From Marsupella aquatica (lineage: Eukaryota; Plantae; Marchantiophyta), in contig OZ316899.1 in assembly GCA_973895155.1 (NCBI GenBank), forward strand, positions 2,749,455-2,813,454: DNA of 64,000 nt, written 5' to 3'. The first letter of the stretch is position 1. The number at the start of each line of letters is the position of its first letter. A program made the translations under genes and the position numbers. Below, piece by piece: positions 25,201 through 37,726 of the stretch. The notes under the pieces were generated by a model. That model did no database searches and was not told the DNA's origin. It saw only the letters and a program-made list of their open reading frames with translations.

Positions 25201-26389
25201 GCCCGAGTTCCGTGCGAGCTGTTTTAGACTAGTGGAGTAGCTAGTCAAGTTTTTGGTTTTGTGAGCTAAGGAGGATAGTTTTTCCGTCAGATTTTGAGTA
25301 GTTAGTCACTCGAGGAATTCTACCTGACAAGTTAGAGGTAGCGGCCCACCGTAGGGCCAGCTACCAAATTCTTGCGGGCAAGCTTACTCGAGGGCACCTA
25401 TTGTAACCTTTGTGAGAAAAGTAAAAAATATAGAGTGAGAGTTTGCTCCGAAAAGTGCTTGTCACCTGTCCCGATCGCAGCCAGAAATGCGTAGTTTGCC
25501 CAAGGAGCCCCTAACTTTAAGTCCTCGCGACAACGTGTAAGCTAACTCCAAACTCGTCGGACCCATTGTTCTCCCCTTGGGGTACTCCCCTTTAGTTTGA
25601 ACCAGCCCGCCCACAGATGTAAGGCGGGCACTATCTACTTCCACTTGCGAAAAACAAATAGGGCGCCCAACAACCTGTAGCACCAACACAATCCAACTTT
25701 ATCCTTAAGAGGCCGAGAGGAGTGAAACTAGGATACAACTTACAAAGGTAGCTACAGTTGCCTGTACCAGTTCACAACGGCGGCAGGCCGCTTCGCTTAC
25801 GATAGCTTTGAAGGATCTCTAAGGCATTACTCAAATTTTCTTCTGGTTCCCAAGTACTCTCGGCCTAATCATAGCCAGCCCACTTCACCAAATACTCTAA
25901 GATTTGCCTTCCCAACTTGCGTTTGTAACGGTGGTGTAATAGTTGTCTAAATTAGAAACTTAGAAATAATGAATTTTTTTTTAAAATTTGTAGTTAGAAA
26001 TAGATTAAACATAGCCAATTAATCTACTTTTAGATATAAGTAAGGTTAAGACTTAAGTTAGGCAAATTAGTGGATAATACCTTGAGTAATTAAGTAGGGG
26101 TGAGACGAGCCGAAAGAAACTACTATCGATGTTTTCAAAGCACGGAAGGAAGATTGGTGCTGCCAAGTTTGACCGTGCGTTACAAAGAGCGTTTTGGCGT
26201 AAAAGTGCAACGGCGCTTTGGAGTAAAAGCGCAATGGTGTTTCCGGGGAAAAGCGCAACAGCGCAACCGCGCAACAGCATTTTGGAGCAAAGGCGTAAGG
26301 GCGCAACAGAGCAAAAGAGCAATGGCGGATCACTTGGCATTAATCTCTTCGGATCGATAGTTGGTGACAACGCCTTGTTCCTTGTTACT

Positions 26390-26893
26390 ATGGCAGACGA
26401 AGGGGGAGAGATGACTGCGAGAAGAGTTCCCTTACCTAAGGCCGTCCCTGTGACATACCCTACAATGGAAAGAAACTTGCACATTTTGAAGGAAGCACTG
26501 GTGGTCATGCACCTGAGTAAATTGCTCACTCTGCCTTGGTCCATAACTTCATTAAGTTTTTTGAAGGATTTCAGTGATGGGGCACAAATCGAAGTTGGTA
26601 TGGTGGGAACTGCTAGGGTGAATCCAGAATTCTGGACTCTGCAATTTGTTGCTAATGCTTTCGACTGTCCCGCCGAAGGTGACAGCCTTCACTCACGACA
26701 AGGAGCTAGCAAGGTGAACACTATGTTTCACAGGAGACTACTCCCCATTCTAAATGTTGAACGACAAATCAGGTCTCTTCCATTTGCTCGACATGATACG
26801 CAGGTTATGGATTTCCTTCGAGAGGTGATTCAAACTGAGACATTCAGGAGTTTTCAACAACCGGACCAGTCAGCACTACTTCAAGAGGATTGA
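26390..26893 (+). pseudogene. Truncated accessory ORF of the same domain family, antisense within J's 3' region
   Basis: LVVMHLSKLLTLPW and TARVNPEFWTLQFVANAFDCPAEGDSL align with 5027-6330 (AMGCAKLLELPW; SIRGNPEKWTAVIVSSLLDVPLKGESF). Confidence 0.55.
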
Positions 26894-27849
26894 CCTATTC
26901 CATCCTTCGAGTCAGGATTAGTCAATCTCCACCATTTTTGTTAAATAGTTATCATAGTTAGAAAAGTCTCATACTTTTTCAGGAGGTGGCTCTTATCTAG
27001 CAGACCATACCCTGAAAGTATCAACTTAAACCGACATGTAGCATTTTGAGTTTTTCTTAAGCGTAATTGCGCAAAGGCGCAAAAGCGCAACGACACTTCC
27101 GACACTTAGAAATTTTTTTGGAACAGTGTATTTTCTATCCGACAACACTTTTCACCGATTTTATTATGGCACTTAGACACCTCAGAAAAGTCTAAAATTT
27201 TGCCAACATGTAGCATGTATGTAAATCTTCCGCCTAGAAAAGTTTCACCCTATTATGACCTTTATGTTAGAAATTAAAATTCTGATAAACTCACAATTTA
27301 TTAGTTTTACCACAAAAGTGCAAAAAACACTTTCACTCTGGTTTATACTAAGGATCATTTTTGATTAGTTTTTCATTCCAGGAACATTCTAGTGAACCTT
27401 GAGTAATCTTGTAACACATTTCCATACTTTTTACTTTAGTTTATGACCCTTAAGACATGAAAGGGCATGTCTTTTCATTATCTCTTTTCCCTTTAGTTCC
27501 TGCTAGCCTATATGTAGTAGACTTTATGTCATTTTTTGTGAGAAGAAATTTCATGAGCGCTCAGTTGCAAGATTGCAACTTTGTTACCTCCATTTGTAGC
27601 AAGCACTCCATTGCATATGAGTACTTAATACAAAGGAATTCTTCCCCCTTCAAGTCTAAATGAATGAGAAGTTTGGACCCTTGAAGTAAAATTATTGTGA
27701 TTGTTAAATATTTTGAGTATGTGGAAATAGATTCCTTGTTGGTGATGTTTCATATATTCCTTAGTTCTTGATGCATAGTTTTTGACGTGACATTGCTTGT
27801 GCACGGGATGCAAAGATTGTTACTTACCAATTACTTATGGCTTCAAATT

Positions 27850-28340
27850 TGATCATGATGGTGTCTCTTATTTGTGACAAAAAGTACCGATTGGATAGAG
27901 TCCTATGGAGCCGCAACTACCAGTAAGGGTTGCAGAAGTTCTCTTTTTGCCCTATAGACCGTTTGGTTCTTTTGGCACGAGTAACAACTTTGCACGTGGC
28001 GAAGGACCAATTGCTTCATGTCCGGCCAATACACATCTTGCGACATGCTGCGATACGTAGCGGCTTGTCCTCCATGCCCTCCCCAGGGCAAGTCATGGTA
28101 CTTTTGCAGAACCTCTAACCTTAGAGACTTTGGTATGTACACACGCCTCTGCTTGTATCGCGATAGTTGAACATTATGCGTCGTATCCAACCCCAATGTC
28201 ACGTGCCTTACCTTGCACACTAACGATTGTAGCAACTCTTGCACGTCCACCCCAAGACATGCTACCGCCTGCCCACTTATGAATTAGGCGGTCGCGCCTG
28301 TATCCACCAAAGAAACACCCAGATTACCGTTAGAAATGAC
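27850..28340 (-). pseudogene. pol: J pol remnant: protease site joined to integrase HHCC region
   Basis: LVDTGATA at about 28289-28310, then YIPKSLRLEVLQKYHDLPWGGHGG...YWPDM...CYSCQKNQ...LLQPL. Confidence 0.8.
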
Positions 28341-30031
28341 TTCACAAAAATCAGTTTTTCAGGATCCATTGTCTTAATCTTAGGTATCTTCTCTCGCAAC
28401 AACACCTTATCTCCAGTAGGAACATCCCTTACAGGGACCTTGTCAGCTACTAAGGGTTTGGTTAGAGCAATACTTATCTTAATGCTCTTCTGCCCTCCAT
28501 CTCCGCTTGGCTTGCCACCTTTCGTGGAACAATCCTTCCTTTGATGGCCCATGGCACCACACATGAAGCACAAACTTTCCACCCGCCTCTGCTCCATGAG
28601 TGTCTGCTTGTTTGCTTTCTACGCCGATGAGGTTCCTTTCTTGAAGTTGCCGACCTTCCGGTTTTGCTTAGCTTCTCCATTCTGGGGCCGGGGGTCCAAA
28701 CCACCGGCCCCCGCCCCCTCAGGCTGCTTACGCTTATTCCCGAGACCTTTTGCTTTCCCAACTTCCCCCTTGGAGCCCTTGCCACCCACCTTCGCCAAGT
28801 CCGGTCGGTTATTCACCAATGTAGTGGCCTTGTCGAAGGCGTCAGAAAGCGTTTTGAACTCGTGACACTTTTCCTGTAACTTTTCCCTGAGCAGCGGCGG
28901 GAGCTTCACGATAAAGTTGTGAAGCTGTGTATGTAGGGTCTCTTGTCCCGCTGGGATACACGCCAACTGGTTCTGGTAATAAGTGATGAACTTTTGGATA
29001 TCACCCCTGAAGCTCATCTCCGTTACACATTTATGAGCGTGCCGCTCTAGGTACTTAGTGGTGACATGAGCACGGAGTCCCTCAACCAGGTTTTCCCAAG
29101 TTAATGGCAAGGAGGAGTCCTCTCGCAACTTCTTCCATGACTTATACCAAGTCAAGGCATAGTCCTTCAGGTAAGGAGCGGCTGCGGTAGCCCAAGTGGA
29201 ACGCTCAACACACGCTTGGAGATTAATCTCCATTGTGGAGAGCCAACTCAGGAACTTTTGTCCACTTTGTTCGTAGGCCCCATCATAAGTTGGAGGAGTC
29301 GGTAGCTGGTTCACTTGGAACATACTCTGTCCAACTACCATTCCCCCCTCGGGATGCGTCGCACTCTGACTACCCAGAATAAGTAAGTACTTAATCTGGG
29401 CCCCCTTGTTGTGTTCCAACTGCTCATAAATGAGTCGTTGGTCTTGAGTCAACGGACCCAAACCGTCGTCAAGGGCTGGGCCCTTGTGGGTTGTATGAGG
29501 ACGGTCCTCCAACCGTCTTTCCTTTGCGGGCCGCTTGTCCTTAGGTTCTCTCATGGATTTTGGTGACACCCCCCGCGTCTTGCGAGCACCATGACCTCTC
29601 GAGACTGAGGCATCACCTGCATTGCCCTGGTTCTGCTTGGTCAAATTATCCACGATGACGTCCGGATCGACATCATCCTCTGGTTTCGCATCCAACCCTC
29701 TCAAGGCTAAGATCAGTTCCTCCTCTGGGTCCTGACCCTCTTCCTCTGATTCAGCTTTAGCATTCTCGTCGCTTCCATCCACGTCAGAGCCGTCATCATC
29801 CGACCTGTCCTCCAAAGGATCAGCCACCTCCTTCCCTTTAAGTCAACGGGGCTCTGCAATTGACGTGTTTGCCGCGGCGGTCGACGGTTCGGCCACCAAG
29901 TCTTCTTCGTCCTGCTTGTAACGTTTGTCTAGGGAAGTCAACCCGTCCTCCTTCTGTTCCTCTTGAACTTGGGCTCTCCCCTTGGTGGGGGGAGCTTGTT
30001 TGCCACTCTTTGATTGAGTGTTTTTAGCCAT
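28277..30031 (-). pseudogene. gag: J gag, two in-frame stops
   Basis: ATG 30031 (MAKNTQ); capsid-like FLSWLSTME..YLKDYALTWY..LTWENL; knuckle CFMCGAMGHQRKDC. Stops at 29843 and 28619 are in frame. Confidence 0.85.
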
Positions 30032-30162
30032 GTTCCTAGTGACCGAATCTGCCCGCAGTCGACCCGCCGAGCACGTAGAAGCACTAAGTCCCCGCAAAAA
30101 TCCGTTAAGATTTTTGGATTCCAACTTAGCACAACCCCGGCCCGGTGTCTATGCCAGCAATA

Positions 30163-30174
30163 GCTCTGATACCA
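30163..30174 (-). promoter_or_regulatory. J PBS TGGTATCAGAGC (iMet)
   Basis: Exact match, 2 nt (TG) from the LTR end ACT. Confidence 0.9.
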
Positions 30175-30176
30175 CA

Positions 30177-31582
30177 AGTGGTGGACCTTGCCACCCAGCG
30201 CCCTCACCAATCCTAGCACTCACGCCTAAGTGCCCCTGGTGCCCGAACGCCTCCATGGAATACCTCGTGTAAGCACCCGAGTGCCTCTTGCACCACCAGC
30301 GGCCCCTCCCATACAAAGCCGCACTTGCTCTCCTACACAACCGCTACTCAACGGTCCTCACTGTCTGCACAAGCAACCAAGCACCTCGATAAGTAACCCT
30401 TTAGGATCTAGAACTCACCAAGTCTAGCATCCTAACTCAAGCTCAATAGATGTTGGTAAATAGGTCAGCGATAGGTCCTCCCAATGCCATAAGCCAGAAC
30501 CAGAACCCACACCCATTGTTCGTCCAGAACAACTCCTGCCTTGGGCACGGCCCGGGTTCCCCCTCGTACCTATCCATCACCAACTGACCGCCCTGACCCC
30601 AAGACATGCTCATGGCCCAAGTAGCGTAGTTTGTCCTAAAGCTTGTCCCAAGCTTGTCCCAACACACCGGGACCAGAGTGGCCCCGACTTTAGCAACCAC
30701 TCCCGGTTCACCCCACTAATGGTCTAGGGGCCGAACACTCTTGGGACTCAACCTCCACACCTACTTGGCCTTGCCTCCCCAATGCAAGCTCCCTTGGGAG
30801 ACTGTACGTGGCTTGGTTGCTGTTTGGCAGGATTTGGCAAGCGGGCGAGTTAACACCCACAAACCCCAAGAACCCACTGCGCCCCCAGACCCAGCTGAGC
30901 TCACTCAAGAGCTTTCCAATGCACCCAAGAAGTCCTCCAACGGACTTCCCGTTGGGAAGATATTATCGTTTCCATTTGGCGGTTTCCCTTAGTGTTGCGA
31001 CCGCCTGGTTTCCCCGGACCAGCTTTGGTCCTTAAACATTTGGCCCCCAACCCGGATCCTATCGCGCATAATGGGCGCGCCACCAATTGGCAACGCCCAT
31101 AACTTTCTCGTTAGGCATCTGCAAGTAGAGTGCCTTAGCCCGTTGTGATCGGGCCAACCTAGTGCTCATGCCTAGGCTCTCAGGTATCATCATCGCTCGG
31201 GCCCCCGATCGGCCCAACCCGGATCGGGCCACAACTTGCGCCCCAAGCGTCCGTTGCCCATGGCGTCAACTCCATGGGCCTTGGGCCCAAGAGGAGCTCA
31301 CCCTCAAGCCCTCAGAACTCAAAGTCCATCCGGAGGTCCGGACGGTCGGCCTTTAGCCCGGCCCATTTCCCCTTGACCCGACCAACTCTCAGCTAGCCCA
31401 AGTCCTTAGTGTGTGTCACCAGCTTGGCTCCTTGCCTTTGCTAGTGGCACGTCTCTTTGCTCACAAGTCTCCCCATGCTAAGTCCTCCCCGGATGGCCTA
31501 TCCGGGCCTAGACCATAAGGGAGCTTGGCGTCGGAGTCAGCAACGCCGGAGCTAAGTGTTAAGGTAGTCGAGTTCCGCGACT
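30177..31582 (-). repeat. J 5' LTR
   Basis: Direct repeat of 18936-20415 with a deletion of about 75 bp. Confidence 0.92.
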
Positions 31583-31587
31583 ATAGA

Positions 31588-33737
31588 CTACCAGTTTGGT
31601 ACCACATCCACGGGTGGAACGCCTATCCTGACCTCACTCGGATTCCCCTCAGGCTTCCTGAATCTTATGGCGCCTCCTTCAGCTACAACCGACGCCAACT
31701 CATTGGTGTCAGCGCCAACACCACCTTGGCCTCAGCCAAGCCAATCTCCACCACCAGCCGCACCACCCCTCTAGGTGCAATCCGTGGTTAACGCGGTGAC
31801 CATTAGTTCCAAAGACAAGGAGGCTCACCCTCCCTTGAACCGGCGGCCGAGAGGTGCAAATCAGCATGTTGCCGAGCAACCCACGCCACTCCCACAAGGC
31901 CGAGTGGATAACACGGTGACTGTAGCGGCCCTGGCACCAATACTTACGGCGGTAGCGCTGCCGCCTCCCGATAGAGAGGATGGGGAAATGTCCCCCTCTT
32001 CAAGTCACCACGGGAACCAGTCCCGAGGTAGGAAGAGAAAGGAACCCGTAGGTGTAGCCGGGCTGCCTTTGGCCACGGTTGCGGTGGCCAAGCTGACCAT
32101 GCATTGCATGGGGGAGAATGTCCACAAGAACATCCTCCACCCCAAGCATGCATTCTACCTGAAGACCCAAGGGTTTGAGCACCTTGCCTCTCTCCCTTGG
32201 AATGGAAGCAGGTACTACGGGCAAGACATGATGAAGTTCATCCAGAACTTTGATGAGGCCCGCCAACAAACCTGAGCGCACGAGAGAGTGATGTCTCTCA
32301 ATGAGGCACGTCTTAAGATGATCTTTGGCCTACCCAAATGACTAAATTGGGTAGAATCACGGGCTCCCGGGGGCAAGGGAGCCAAGTATCAGTCCTCTAG
32401 CTTCCCGACCGAGGGAGCAATGGACAATGGATTCTTGATGAGGACATGCCTTATCCCGGAGGTAGCATAATGACTGGAGTTCTAGCAGTACGCTCTCCAC
32501 ATGATGGAACCAAGGGGCAAAATATCTGCCGCCCAGGTCATCCAAGTTGAGAACTACCGGCGTAGGAAGTGGGCGTCCTTCTTCATCAAGAAGTTCCATG
32601 AGGAGATGGAACGGAGAAGGAAGACTTTGTACCTTGGCGGAAAGGCGTACTTTGCTAGCCACATCAAGATCATCATCGAGTGGTACACCCGTTTTGACTG
32701 CCAAAGCCTCCCTTGTATCAACGAGCCCGAGCTGACCCCATCGCAGTGGATATTCCTGGCCCAGGAGAGGCAACCTCAGCCCGAGGCCCAAAGTCTGGCA
32801 GCCGTAAGACCTCCTACCCCAGCCCCGCAACCAGCCGCTGCCGCCCCTCCAAATGTACCCAAAGACGCGGTTATCGCAACCCTGGACGCGATCAACCTGG
32901 TCACCGCGATTGAAGCTATGCTGGTAGAGGCCGGACCCGAGCCTGAGACTATAGTGGCAGAGGAGATCCTGCCACCCTCCACGGATGTTCAGGAGAACCG
33001 CCCAGCCCTAGTGAACCCAGCCCCCTCTACTGTCATACCTCAAGGGCTGGATGTCTCCACTCCAACTCCCACACGGGCCGAGGTCTGTCCTTGCTCGAAT
33101 CCAGAGGGGCATAGTCTGGACTACCCGGAACTCTTTGCACCGGGAACATTTCTGAATGGGTTGCTGGAAGACTTCTCTCAACAAATTGCCCGAGATACCG
33201 GGGGAGTACATGGCACAAAAGGTGGCCTACTTCTTCAACCAGGAGTTGGTTGCGGCCATGCAAGTAGGGCATGCGCAGGCTGAGGCTACGCAGAGAATAG
33301 AGCGGTATCGGGTTGAGTCTGCCCACCTGAAAGACAAAGTGGCAGCCCGAGAGACCAAACTTCAACTGTTGCGACCTCAGGTAATGGCCACTAAAGATCA
33401 GGTGGCCGAAGCTAGGGCCCAGGCATCCTTAGCAAAGCAGGTCGGAGTCGGGCAGGACGCCGACCAGCTCAAAAGGTAGAGGGATGGCCGCTCCAAGTCC
33501 AACTCTGGCAGATCTAGCAAGCATGCCAGACATTAGCGAAGGGATAGGTGTAGGATAAAGTTAGGAATAGGATAGTCAGGCGATAAGAACAAGCGCCAAA
33601 ACTAGTTAGCGGCACTGTCCTATCCAACCAACCTTTGTAGTTAGGATCTTAGAATAAGACACGCCGTTTTACGGCCTGATATTTAGCAGAGTTTAGAATC
33701 TGGGATAGCTTAGATTTGAGCACGTGGTCGGTCCGGA
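31588..33737 (+). mobile_element. Giant LTR I, right part; accessory ORF remnant to 33536; interrupted by H
   Basis: Translation aligns with the H ORF (MHCMGENVHKNILHPKHA; MMEPRGKIS.AQVIQVENY; C-terminus DGRS.SN...KH.RH*). Confidence 0.85.
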
Positions 33738-36700
33738 TGTCACATTGTCAACCTAGGCCTTAACCCGGGCTTTGGCTTAGACAGGCAATCCTTCGTAAAT
33801 ATGAGGGTTCGGGCAGGGAGGGACGCACAGGATGCTCCTAACTTACGTAAACTAGCGCTAAGTGCGCTTATTGTTATGTACAGAGACCTCCTAGGTATAG
33901 TTTGTGTTCCGCCGCCAGAACGTACCTTAGTCGACACGGGATCGACCCCGGCTCATGGACTTCTAAGCCTTCATGTTACCGCCTTTGATCTAGATCCATT
34001 AGTACAAGGGCTCAACCCGGGCTCGCAACCCCGTACCCGTATCCGGCACCCCGTGCACGGTTGGCACAACGTGTTCGGCCCAGCGTTGATACTTGCACAC
34101 AAGACTCATACATGCATTCATACATACATAACAGAAATCTTGATTTACACGAAGGAATTAAGGAGAAAGGATTTCATTCATTTATGATCATACACTTTAC
34201 GATTGGTTGACCCAACACCTCGTGAACGAACGGGCCCAAGGCTGAGGAGTATACACTACAACGGAGCCCGGCTCTGCACTCGCCCAGCAAGCTTAGTCGT
34301 ATATCCTCCCCTTGGCACTCCGGTATTTCACCGAGTTTGGGACTCCCCGCGCGTACTGCGAATGGCCAACCTCTGAGTCTAAAATCCCCCTCCCCTAACC
34401 TCTACTGGGGGGCCGCTAAATACTAAGGGCTGAGGACCGGCCTGGCCTCGTGCCCGAATCTATGCTAACTTATATCCTTGCTAAGCTGGTGCCTGCTTGT
34501 CCTATTAGTCTAACCTATTCTACACAGGCTAGCTAATGTGTCAGCGCCGCTATCTTCTGGCCGGCACTTGTCCTACCAGCCTGTTTTAGCTACTCCTAAG
34601 TCTATTCTAAGCCTAACCCTACGCTAATGTCTGGTGTGCTTGCCAGAGCCATTCGAGTGGGAGCGGCCATCCTGTTGCCTACGCAGTCTATCGTTGTCCG
34701 TCTTGAGGAGCTGGACTTGGTCCAGCAGAGATTCGTTTTCTCGCTTTGTTGCGTCCGTCTCCTCAGCTACCTCCTGGCATGCCTCTTCCAGTTGTTGGGC
34801 GTTGCTCGTCAGCTTGTCCACCACCTGGGTCTGTTTCCCGGCTTCGGCTTGAAGCCGTGCCACTTCGGCCTGCAGGGTGGCAATCTCCTTAGTGTCACGC
34901 TGGGCCCGCTATTCGGTCTCCTCTAGGTCTTTCTACTAGATGACAGTTTGATTCTTCAAACTGTCAACCTGGGTCTGGAGCCGTGCAATCTCGGCCTCCT
35001 TCCCGGCTTTGGCCAATTCGGGTAAGGCGGTAAGGGCATGCGCATTTGCTAACAATTCATTGGCGGCTGCAACCTTGGGTCGTAGTTGCAGAAGCTCAGC
35101 CTCTTGAGCCCCAACTTCATCCTTTAGGTACACGGACTCAACCCAGTACCGCTCTATCCGCTGAAGGGCCTCCGACTGAGCCCGACCTGCCTTTACTACG
35201 GTAACCAACTCTTGATTGAAGAAGTAGGCTACCTTCCAAGCCATGAACTCCCCGGTATCCCGGGCTATCTGTTGGGAGAAATCTCCCAAAAGCCCATTTA
35301 GAAATGTACCCGGTACAAAGAGTTCCGGGTGGTCCAGGTTATGCCCGTCTGGAGTTGGGCACGAGCAGACATTAACTTGCGTGGGAGCCGGGGTAGTGAC
35401 ATCCAGCCCTGTGGATGTAGTGTTGGAAGGGGCTGGAGTGTCCTCCTCCACCATCGGGCTGTCCTTTGGAATAGCCACTAGTGGGTCTTTTGGACCCTCG
35501 GGCTCGGGCAAGGCCTCCACCGACCCAACTTCTGTACCAGACCCGGCCTGGTTGATCGCGTCTAAGGTTGTGATCACTGCCTCTTCCGGTTCTTCTTCGG
35601 CCACGGCTACAGCTACCTGTGGAGGTTGGATGGGTGAGGCCTGCGTTGCCGCCAAACTTCGGGCCTCGGGTTGAGGCTGTCTCTCCAAGGCCGGGAAGAT
35701 CCACTTAGTCGGGACCAACTTAGTTACGTTGACTCGGGGAAGGGTTCGTTGATCAAACCGGGTGTACCACTTGAGAATGATCTTGATGTGGCTCACAAAA
35801 TACGCCTTCCCATCAATGTATAGCAACTTCCTTCGCCGCTCCATCTCTTCATGGAACTTCTTAGCAAAGTACAAAGCCCACGTCCTAGGTCGATAGTTCT
35901 CGACCTGGATAACTTGGGCAACGGAGATCTTGCCCCGGGGTTCCATCATGTGGAGGGCGTACCTCTGGAACTCCAGCCGCTCAGCTATCTCAAGGATGAG
36001 GCAGGTCCTCATCATAAACCCGTTGTCCACTAACCCCTTGGAGGGAAAACTCGAGGATTGGTACTTGGCTCCCTTGCCCTGTGAGCCCGTCATTCGACTC
36101 GGTGATCACCCTTGGATAGCCCAAAGATCATCCTGAGCCGCTCCTCTGTGAGGGACATATTCCTCCCCCGCAGCCGAGTATGCTGACGTACGTCGTCATA
36201 ATTCTTGACAAACTCCGTCGTGTCCTCCCCGTAGTATTTGCAGGTGTTCTAGGGGAGAGAGGTGAGGTGCTCGAACCCCTGAGTCTTCAAGTACACTGCA
36301 TGTTTGGGGTGGAGGATGTTCTTATGTACGTTTTCCCCCATGCAGTGCATTGTTACCTTGGCCGCGGCTACCGTGGCCATGGGTAGCCCGGATACAGCTA
36401 CGGGTTCCTTCCTCTTCTTTCCCCGAGACTGGCTCCCGTGATGGCTCGGGGAGGGTGACACCTCCCCATCCTCCCGATCGAGTATGGGTAGTGCCACCGC
36501 CACTAGTATTGGGGCCGGGGAGGCTACGGTTACCGTGTTATCCGCTGGAGCCGCTACTCGGGTCCAGGCCTAGGGAAGGGGCGATGTAGTGCCGGCTCCC
36601 TGGGTGCTTTCTCCTCTAGGCCGCCTGAGCAAGGGTAAGGTATCGTCTTTGTCATCGCTGAGGTCCACAGCGTTGACGACGAAGCATACTTGTACTGGTG

Positions 36701-37726
36701 GGGTGATCAACGGTGGGGATCGGCTAGGTTGAGGCTGAGCCTGAGCCTGGACTGGTGCAGGTACGGGCATGGCCGGGCTGGCACCGGTGGTTGATGGTGT
36801 AGTTGCCATGAAATTCTGTAGGTGCCGAGAGAGGTTTTATGATGCAAGTGTAGACGCCCTTATAGATTGGGTAGCGCTGGACTCGCTGTTGATGATGTCC
36901 CGGACCCGAGCGGGGATGTGGTCAAAGTGGTGCCGTTGTAAGTTGATCATGCCCAGGATATTGAAGACCTCGTCCGGTAGCCAAAGCAATGCCTCCCAGA
37001 AGCCGATATATTTGCCTCCGTTGAAGAAGTACCCTGATATTTCTTCGGGTCGATAAAGCTTGCTCTAGGACGGGTAATCAAAGTTAAGGAGATAGTGATG
37101 GCGGCCTGCTAGGCGGATGGCTCTCTTGTACTCGTGTTCGATCTTGTATCGTCACGGGTTGGTGTGTTTCAACGAGTCAGCCAAGTGCCCTCCGATAGAC
37201 AAGAACTGCGTCCAGAATTGTATGGCCGAACTGGAAAGGATTGTGTGCAACATTTAGAGGAGATGGAAGGCAACTATAGATAAGCGAGAGAACTAGGGTC
37301 GAAGCTGGCGTGTGGACTGAAGAACTAGTGCATTGCAGAGGATTGGCCCCCTTTTTATACCCTGAGAGCTTGTCGATCGCCCGTTACCTCCTCATCGCTT
37401 ATAGGCCGAGCCTTTCACACTTGCAGTGTACCGGCCACTTTGCCAGTCTAGGTCAGCGCGTGTCAGTGGCCGCCTCCCAAAGTTTGTTATACGGACCCGA
37501 GGGGGAAAGGGGAGGGCCCATTACACGCTCGCAACCCGAGCGTGTGAATGGCGACCCGCCGCCAGCCCAAATACGAACGCCCCTTATTGACTAATGATTT
37601 CCTACTCATAATGGCTACCTAAATACTGTTGTTATGCTAATAATTACGGCCTAAGATACCTCTACTGCGCGTGCTAAGCATGTTTAGGCCAAATCATTTA
37701 TTAGCCACCTTATCGGCGATGTCACA
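33738..37726 (-). repeat. H 3' LTR (3989 bp) containing a TATA box (37353-59) and the accessory ORF
   Basis: Starts TGTGAC after AGGGAGCTA, ends GTGACA; left end shared with the 5' LTR remnant. Confidence 0.78.
34624..37253 (-). pseudogene. H LTR-encoded accessory ORF (about 875 aa, several stops)
   Basis: MLHTILSSSAIQFWTQFLSIG start; central domain; C-terminal coiled coil (MARLQAEAGKQ...). Homologous to the I and G ORFs. Confidence 0.82.

Larger units (their letters stand above)
20619..25532 (+). mobile_element. Element B: non-autonomous Ty3/gypsy inserted in J
   Basis: LTRs at 20619-21429 and 24706-25532 (TGTCGTG/TATCGTG...GCGACA); PBS 21431-48; PPT GGGGGAGGA 24697-705. TSD imperfect (ACGG/ACGT). 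Confidence 0.88.
18936..31582 (-). mobile_element. Element J: two-LTR Ty3/gypsy (chromovirus-like), RT/RH deleted, AGT...ACT termini
   Basis: LTRs at 18936-20415 and 30177-31582; TSD ATAGA (18931-35, 31583-87); iMet PBS; G-run PPT. Removing J restores the I ORF (HIPAKVQASI|DYQFG). Confidence 0.92.

Noticed and set aside
20614-25537. A perfect TSD for element B
   Set aside because: Flanks are AACGG and ACGTG; only an imperfect match, so B boundaries rest on LTR homology, PBS and PPT.
25540-26040. Chromodomain at the end of J pol
   Set aside because: No recognisable chromodomain translation; chromovirus-like is based only on the iMet PBS and IN motifs.
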